IMG/VR virus record: IMGVR_UViG_3300031784_000002
Length of the DNA: 64,000 nucleotides
Reading direction: 5' to 3' (one strand)
Source: a virus
Lineage: Duplodnaviria; Caudoviricetes
Shown here: one piece after another, positions 59,626-64,000 of the stretch
How the letters are laid out: each line of letters opens with the position of its first letter
How positions within the stretch are numbered: position 1 is the stretch's first letter
Program-made: the position numbers and the translations under genes
Notes under the pieces: model-generated
Seen by the model: the letters and a program-made list of their open reading frames with translations, nothing else
What the model was told of the DNA's origin: nothing
Database searches by the model: none

Positions 59626-59895
59626 ATGCAAAGAACAAAAATAATTGCAACAGAAGTTGCAATGCCCACAACTGCTGGTACTGCTTCAAGTATTAGTGAA
59701 GCAACTTGTGTAAGATTATACAATGGAGCTGGGGGTGCGGCTACAGTAAGTATTTCAACTGCTGTAGGTGCTGCAACTACTAGTACATTTACAATGCCCG
59801 ATGGCACTGTTGAATTTCTCCAGAAAGCATCAACGGATGTAATTTTTGCATCTTCTGCATCTGTGAAAGCGGCTAAAGTAGGACTTACCAACTAA
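59626..59895 (+). CDS. Small Ala/Thr-rich protein between the prohead core gene and the protease
   Basis: It has its own late promoter and an AGGA upstream, and it abuts the gp21 start. Confidence 0.75.
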   Translation: MQRTKIIATEVAMPTTAGTASSISEATCVRLYNGAGGAATVSISTAVGAATTSTFTMPDGTVEFLQKASTDVIFASSASVKAAKVGLTN

Positions 59896-59900
59896 GAAAA

Positions 59901-60551
59901 ATGAAACTAATTACCGAAGAAGTAACGAACGTAAAAATTATCAGCGAAGGAAAAGGCGCTGATAAAAAACTTTATATTGAAGGTGTATTCCTTCAAGGTG
60001 AGATTAAAAATAGAAACGGTAGAATGTATCCCATCACTACTCTATCTCGTGAAGTAAATCGTTATAATGAAAACTTTGTTGCAAAAGGTCGTGCTCTTGG
60101 CGAACTTGGTCATCCAGATGGACCAACTGTAAACCTTGATCGTGTTTCACATAAAATTACTTCTTTAACTCAAGAAGGTAATAATTTTATCGGTAAGGCA
60201 CAAATCCTCAATACTCCAATGGGTAAAATTGCATCTTCACTTCTTGATGAGGGTGTAATGCTTGGTGTTTCTTCTCGTGGTGTTGGATCACTCCAAACAA
60301 CCAGTGAAGGACATAAAGTTGTGGGTGAAGATTTTATGCTTGCTACTGCAGCTGATATCGTAGCTGATCCTTCAGCTCCTGATGCATTTGTTTCGGGAAT
60401 CATGGAAGGTAAAGAGTGGGTTTGGGAAGGAGGAATCCTTCGTGAACAACTTGCTTCCAGAACACAGAAGAGAATCAACACACTTGTTGATCAAAGAAAG
60501 CTAGATGAACAGAAGTTAAATCTGTTCAATGAGTTTTTATCAAATCTTTAA
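59901..60551 (+). CDS. gp21: Prohead protease gp21
   Basis: LYIEGVFLQ, NRNGRMYP, LGELGHP, LGVSSRG and DIVADPSAPDAFV motifs. Confidence 0.97.
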   Translation: MKLITEEVTNVKIISEGKGADKKLYIEGVFLQGEIKNRNGRMYPITTLSREVNRYNENFVAKGRALGELGHPDGPTVNLDRVSHKITSLTQEGNNFIGKAQILNTPMGKIASSLLDEGVMLGVSSRGVGSLQTTSEGHKVVGEDFMLATAADIVADPSAPDAFVSGIMEGKEWVWEGGILREQLASRTQKRINTLVDQRKLDEQKLNLFNEFLSNL

Positions 60552-60553
60552 TT

Positions 60554-60565
60554 TATAAATAAATA
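60554..60565 (+). promoter_or_regulatory. Overlapping late promoters TATAAATA and AATAAATA for gp22-gp23
   Basis: TATAAATAAATA directly after the gp21 stop. Confidence 0.85.
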
Positions 60566-60596
60566 CAGATTATACTAAGGTAATCGGAGAGTACAA

Positions 60597-61790
60597 ATGT
60601 CCCGTGGTAAGAATTTACAAGAAATGGAATCTGTTGCTACCCCCGGTCAGGGCGGTGGTGCAGGAAGCGGCACTTCACAATCCAAAACCGCTGTAAATGC
60701 TAATGCATCTGCACCGGCTTCCCCAGAAAAAAGTGCAACTCCAGTTGCAACTCCAGGTCAAACTGGTGCATGGGAAGATCTAGGAGGCCCAACTCCAGAA
60801 AATAGTCGTCCAGACGACAATTCCAATGCGTACAAAACCCCAGGTGCAACCCTTAAGCAAGTTAAGGATGTTGTAAATGCTAAAGCTTCTGCAGCTGATG
60901 CTCCTGCTACTTCTGCAACTCCAGTTGCAACACCTGGACAAGGTGGTGGAATGAAGGAAGAAGTAGAAGAAGATGAAGAGCTAGTAGAAGTTGAAGATGA
61001 AGAGGGTGGTGAAGAGGCCGAAGAAGAGGATGCGGAAGAAGTTGTAGAAGAAGATGTAGATTCCATCATCGATGAGGACGTAAATGCTCTTCTATCTGGT
61101 GAAGAAGAACTCTCCGAAGAATTTAGAGAGAAGGCAAAGCTAGTATTTGAAGCCGCCCTTCACGCCAAAACAAAAGAAATTCAATCAGTAATGGAAGAGC
61201 ACTATGCTGCTGCTCTTGCTGAAGAGATTGAAGAAATTAAACTAGAACTAACCGAGCGTGTTGATTCATACCTAGAGTATGTTTCATCCGAATGGTTAGA
61301 AGAGAATGCTCTCGCAGTTGAGAGTGGTCTCAAGACTGAGATCACCGAGTCCTTCATCAATGGTATGAAGGGACTTTTTGAAACACATTATGTATCAATG
61401 CCTGAAGAAAAATATGATGTTCTAGAGAGCATGGTAGAAAAACTTGATGAAATGGAGACAAAACTCAACGAGCAAATTCAAAAGAATATTGCTCTAAACA
61501 CGAAACTTGCTGAATCTTCTGCTGACAGAATTTTCAATCAGGTTTCCGAGGGTCTCGCGCTTTCCCAAAAGGATAAGCTTGCAAGCCTCGTAGAAAGTGT
61601 TGAGTTTGAGAGTGAAGCTGACTATTACCAGAAACTGGTAACTCTTAGGGAGTCGTACTTCCCGAGAAACGCTGGTATTCCAGCAAACGAGACGGAAAAT
61701 CTATCAGAAGAAGCGAACTTCCAGGAAGTGAATCATTCACCTTCTATGGACGCTTATCTACGTGCGCTTTCCAACGTTGCTAAAAAGTGA
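60597..61790 (+). CDS. gp22: Prohead core scaffold gp22
   Basis: WEDLGGPTPEN, an acidic linker, LSEEFREKAKLVFEAA, VDSYLEYV...W...N and SMDAYLRAL motifs. Confidence 0.95.
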   Translation: MSRGKNLQEMESVATPGQGGGAGSGTSQSKTAVNANASAPASPEKSATPVATPGQTGAWEDLGGPTPENSRPDDNSNAYKTPGATLKQVKDVVNAKASAADAPATSATPVATPGQGGGMKEEVEEDEELVEVEDEEGGEEAEEEDAEEVVEEDVDSIIDEDVNALLSGEEELSEEFREKAKLVFEAALHAKTKEIQSVMEEHYAAALAEEIEEIKLELTERVDSYLEYVSSEWLEENALAVESGLKTEITESFINGMKGLFETHYVSMPEEKYDVLESMVEKLDEMETKLNEQIQKNIALNTKLAESSADRIFNQVSEGLALSQKDKLASLVESVEFESEADYYQKLVTLRESYFPRNAGIPANETENLSEEANFQEVNHSPSMDAYLRALSNVAKK

Positions 61791-61850
61791 TTTTTAGATA
61801 ATACTCAAACCGCAGTTCAACAACACTTTTAACAGAGGTATTAAAAACAA

Positions 61851-63245
61851 ATGGACGGAATTAATTCACAAATGTTAATGGAGAAGTGGGCTCCAGTTCT
61901 AGACTTCGACGGTCTAGGCAACATCAAAGATTCCCACAGACGTGCAGTAACTGCACAACTTCTAGAGAACCAAGAAAGAGAACTCCGTGAATCTGCTGAG
62001 TTCCTTGGCGAAGCTTCCCCAACCAACTCTGCCGGTACTGGTGGTTTTAGTGGTGGTGCTACCGCTGGTGGTCCTGTTGCCGGTTTCGACCCAGTTCTAA
62101 TCAGCCTCATTCGTCGTGCAATGCCTAACCTCATTGCTTATGACATCTGTGGCGTTCAACCAATGAGTGGTCCTACTGGACTTATCTTCGCAATGCGTTC
62201 CCGCTACGATGGTCAGTCTGGTACTGAAACCTTCTTCGATGAAGTCGATACTACCTTCTCTGGTCAGAACAACAGCCGCAACCTTGCTAACGGATTCTCT
62301 GATGGTCTCGTTGGTTTCGGTACAACCAACCAGGATGGAACTAATCCTAACGTTCTCAACCCAGTTGGAACCGCAACAACCAACCCATCACCATATAACG
62401 TTGGTCAAGGTATGACCACTGGTGATTCGGAAGCTCTTGGAGATGCTGCTGCTAATGCCTTCAATCAGATGGCATTCAGCATCGAGAAAGTTACCGTAAC
62501 CGCTAAGTCACGTGCCCTCAAGGCTGAGTACTCACTAGAGCTCGCTCAAGACCTCAAGGCTATCCACGGTCTAAACGCAGAAGCAGAACTTGCTAACATT
62601 CTCTCCACTGAGATCCTCGCTGAAATCAACAGAGAAGTTATCAGAACCATCTATAAGGTTGCTGAGCAAGGTGCTGCTGTTAACACTGCTACCGCTGGTG
62701 TATTTGACCTCGACGTTGACTCCAATGGTCGTTGGTCAGTTGAGAAGTTCAAGGGTCTACTCTTCCAGATCGAGAGAGATGCAAACGCTATCGCTCAAAG
62801 AACTCGTAGAGGAAAGGGCAACACCATCATCTGCTCCGCAGACGTTGCTTCCGCTCTAACCATGGCTGGTGTACTTGATTACACTCCTGCACTCAACGCT
62901 AACCTCAATGTTGATGACACTGGTAACACCTTCGCTGGTGTTCTCCAAGGTAAGTATCGTGTATACATTGACCCATATGCTGCTAACGTTGCTGCTGATC
63001 AGTACTACGTTGTAGGTTATAAGGGTTCTAGCGCATATGACGCTGGTATCTTCTACTGCCCATATGTTCCTCTCCAGATGGTTCGTGCCGTCGGTCAGGA
63101 CACCTTCCAACCAAAAATTGGCTTCAAGACCCGTTATGGTATTGTTGCCAACCCATTTGCAGAAGGAACCGATCAGGGACTCGGAAGACTCCGCCTCAAT
63201 GCAAACCGTTACTACAGAAGAGTCAAGGTTTCCAACCTCATGTGA
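61851..63245 (+). CDS. gp23: Major capsid protein gp23
   Basis: EKWAPVL, LLENQE, FDPVLISLIRRAMPNLIAYDICGVQPMSGPTGLIFAMRSRY and FQPKIGFKTRYG motifs. Confidence 0.99.
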   Translation: MDGINSQMLMEKWAPVLDFDGLGNIKDSHRRAVTAQLLENQERELRESAEFLGEASPTNSAGTGGFSGGATAGGPVAGFDPVLISLIRRAMPNLIAYDICGVQPMSGPTGLIFAMRSRYDGQSGTETFFDEVDTTFSGQNNSRNLANGFSDGLVGFGTTNQDGTNPNVLNPVGTATTNPSPYNVGQGMTTGDSEALGDAAANAFNQMAFSIEKVTVTAKSRALKAEYSLELAQDLKAIHGLNAEAELANILSTEILAEINREVIRTIYKVAEQGAAVNTATAGVFDLDVDSNGRWSVEKFKGLLFQIERDANAIAQRTRRGKGNTIICSADVASALTMAGVLDYTPALNANLNVDDTGNTFAGVLQGKYRVYIDPYAANVAADQYYVVGYKGSSAYDAGIFYCPYVPLQMVRAVGQDTFQPKIGFKTRYGIVANPFAEGTDQGLGRLRLNANRYYRRVKVSNLM

Positions 63246-63269
63246 TCCATTTCACAACTCTTCAGATTC

Positions 63270-63293
63270 AGGGGTCCGAAAGGACCCTTTTTT
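63270..63293 (+). terminator. Intrinsic terminator after gp23
   Basis: AG-GGGTCC-GAAA-GGACCC-TTTTTT: a GNRA tetraloop hairpin followed by a U tract. Confidence 0.9.
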
Positions 63294-63299
63294 ATTGCA

Positions 63300-63307
63300 A
63301 ATAAATA
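63300..63307 (+). promoter_or_regulatory. Late promoter AATAAATA for gp3
   Basis: NATAAATA just after the terminator, 13 nt before the ATG. Confidence 0.7.
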
Positions 63308-63319
63308 AAAGTAAAAACA

Positions 63320-63859
63320 ATGTCAGGCGCTTTTGATAAACAAATTTCAAATAGAAATTTTCTTAGTCCAGTAGGATTTAAATTTATTCTTACAAGGGCC
63401 CCGAAAGTAGATTTTTTTTCAAAATCAGCTAATGTTCCTGGTATAAATCTTGGAGTTGCAATTCAACCAACTTACTTAAAAGATATTCCAATACCTGGAG
63501 ATAAACTTGTTTTTGATGACTTTAGATTAACATTTAACATTGATGAAAATCTAGAAAATTATAACGTAGTTCAAAGTTGGATGAGGGGACTTGGTTATCC
63601 TGAAAGTATCTACGAATACACTGAATGGAAAAAAAGTGATCCAAACAATCCACAACAAGATCCAAACGTTTCGGATGGTACGTTAATTATCTACAATAGT
63701 AATTTTCAACCATCAACTTTAGTAAAATTTCAGGGAATGTTTCCAACTTCCCTGTCTGATATTGAATTTGATTCGACTGCTGCAGATGTGCAGTATGCGG
63801 TTGCTACGGTAACCTTTAAGTATGTTCTTTATAAAATCATGCCTTATGAACCTGGATGA
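63320..63859 (+). CDS. gp3: Tail tube terminator / tail completion protein gp3
   Basis: NRNFLSPVGFKF, ANVPGINLG, FNIDENLENY and MFPTSLS motifs. It lies after gp23. Confidence 0.88.
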   Translation: MSGAFDKQISNRNFLSPVGFKFILTRAPKVDFFSKSANVPGINLGVAIQPTYLKDIPIPGDKLVFDDFRLTFNIDENLENYNVVQSWMRGLGYPESIYEYTEWKKSDPNNPQQDPNVSDGTLIIYNSNFQPSTLVKFQGMFPTSLSDIEFDSTAADVQYAVATVTFKYVLYKIMPYEPG

Positions 63860-64000
63860 AATTCAAACCCTTTGGGAAGAAGATTCAAAAATTGATGAAG
63901 ACAATCTCCACACAGAATCCGTAAAAATTCCAAGTCTTCATGCAAAATATTATAAGATCTTTAATAATATTTTAACTCTTAAAAAAGCACAAGAGAACAA
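63846..64000 (+). CDS. uvsY: Recombination mediator UvsY (3' end truncated by window edge)
   Basis: Manual translation gives MNLDEIQTLWEEDSKIDEDNLHTESVKIPSLHAKYYKIFNN..., matching the UvsY N-terminus and its usual position after gp3. Confidence 0.85.
   Translation, partial: MNLDEIQTLWEEDSKIDEDNLHTESVKIPSLHAKYYKIFNNILTLKKAQEN

Noticed and set aside
1451-61069. Many minus-strand and alternative-frame ORFs of 60-140 aa in the track
   Set aside because: All lie fully inside long, well-supported + strand genes. They have no motifs, promoters or RBS, and show composition typical of antisense or shadow frames (for example 60758-61069 mirrors the Glu-rich gp22 linker).
52544-63245. Introns or inteins in terminase, portal, sheath or capsid genes
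   Set aside because: The reading frames are uninterrupted and of normal size, and I saw no intein C1/HN motifs or homing endonuclease ORFs.
1-64000. Stop-codon reassignment, tRNAs or structured ncRNA genes
   Set aside because: Standard code gives long intact ORFs ending in TAA, TGA or TAG. Intergenic gaps are under about 90 nt and show no cloverleaf.

Overview
This window is the virion morphogenesis module of a large T4-like myophage. Gene order, protein style and a small NblA-like ORF point to a cyanophage (Kyanoviridae-like); a freshwater picocyanobacterial host is only a guess. Every credible gene is on the + strand. The order is gp25 (partial), gp6, a giant gp7, gp8, a large baseplate or tail protein, several small structural genes, two large repeat-rich fibre or tailspike genes, and an accessory receptor-binding cluster (38.2-46.5 kb). 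Then come gp13, gp14, gp15, gp16, two putative internal head proteins, an NblA-like ORF, gp17, a Zn-finger ORF, gp18, gp19, gp20, prohead core genes, gp21, gp22, gp23, gp3 and uvsY (partial). T4-type late promoters (NATAAATA) punctuate the region. Four things stand out. (1) Three tandem two-gene adhesin-like cassettes; in the first two, a divergent lectin-like segment of identical length (617 bp) is flanked by perfectly identical 81-bp and 108-bp arms, suggesting a domain-swapping or copy-number system. (2) A CTS-bearing protein and an apparent polyprotein of short modules separated by x-x-E linkers, possibly cut by the prohead protease. (3) A 58-aa NblA-like ORF missed by the ORF track, directly upstream of the terminase. 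(4) Promoter and hairpin overlaps that could gate late translation or termination. I saw no tRNA, CRISPR array, intron, intein or reverse transcriptase. All domain calls are by-eye motif recognition, not database results.
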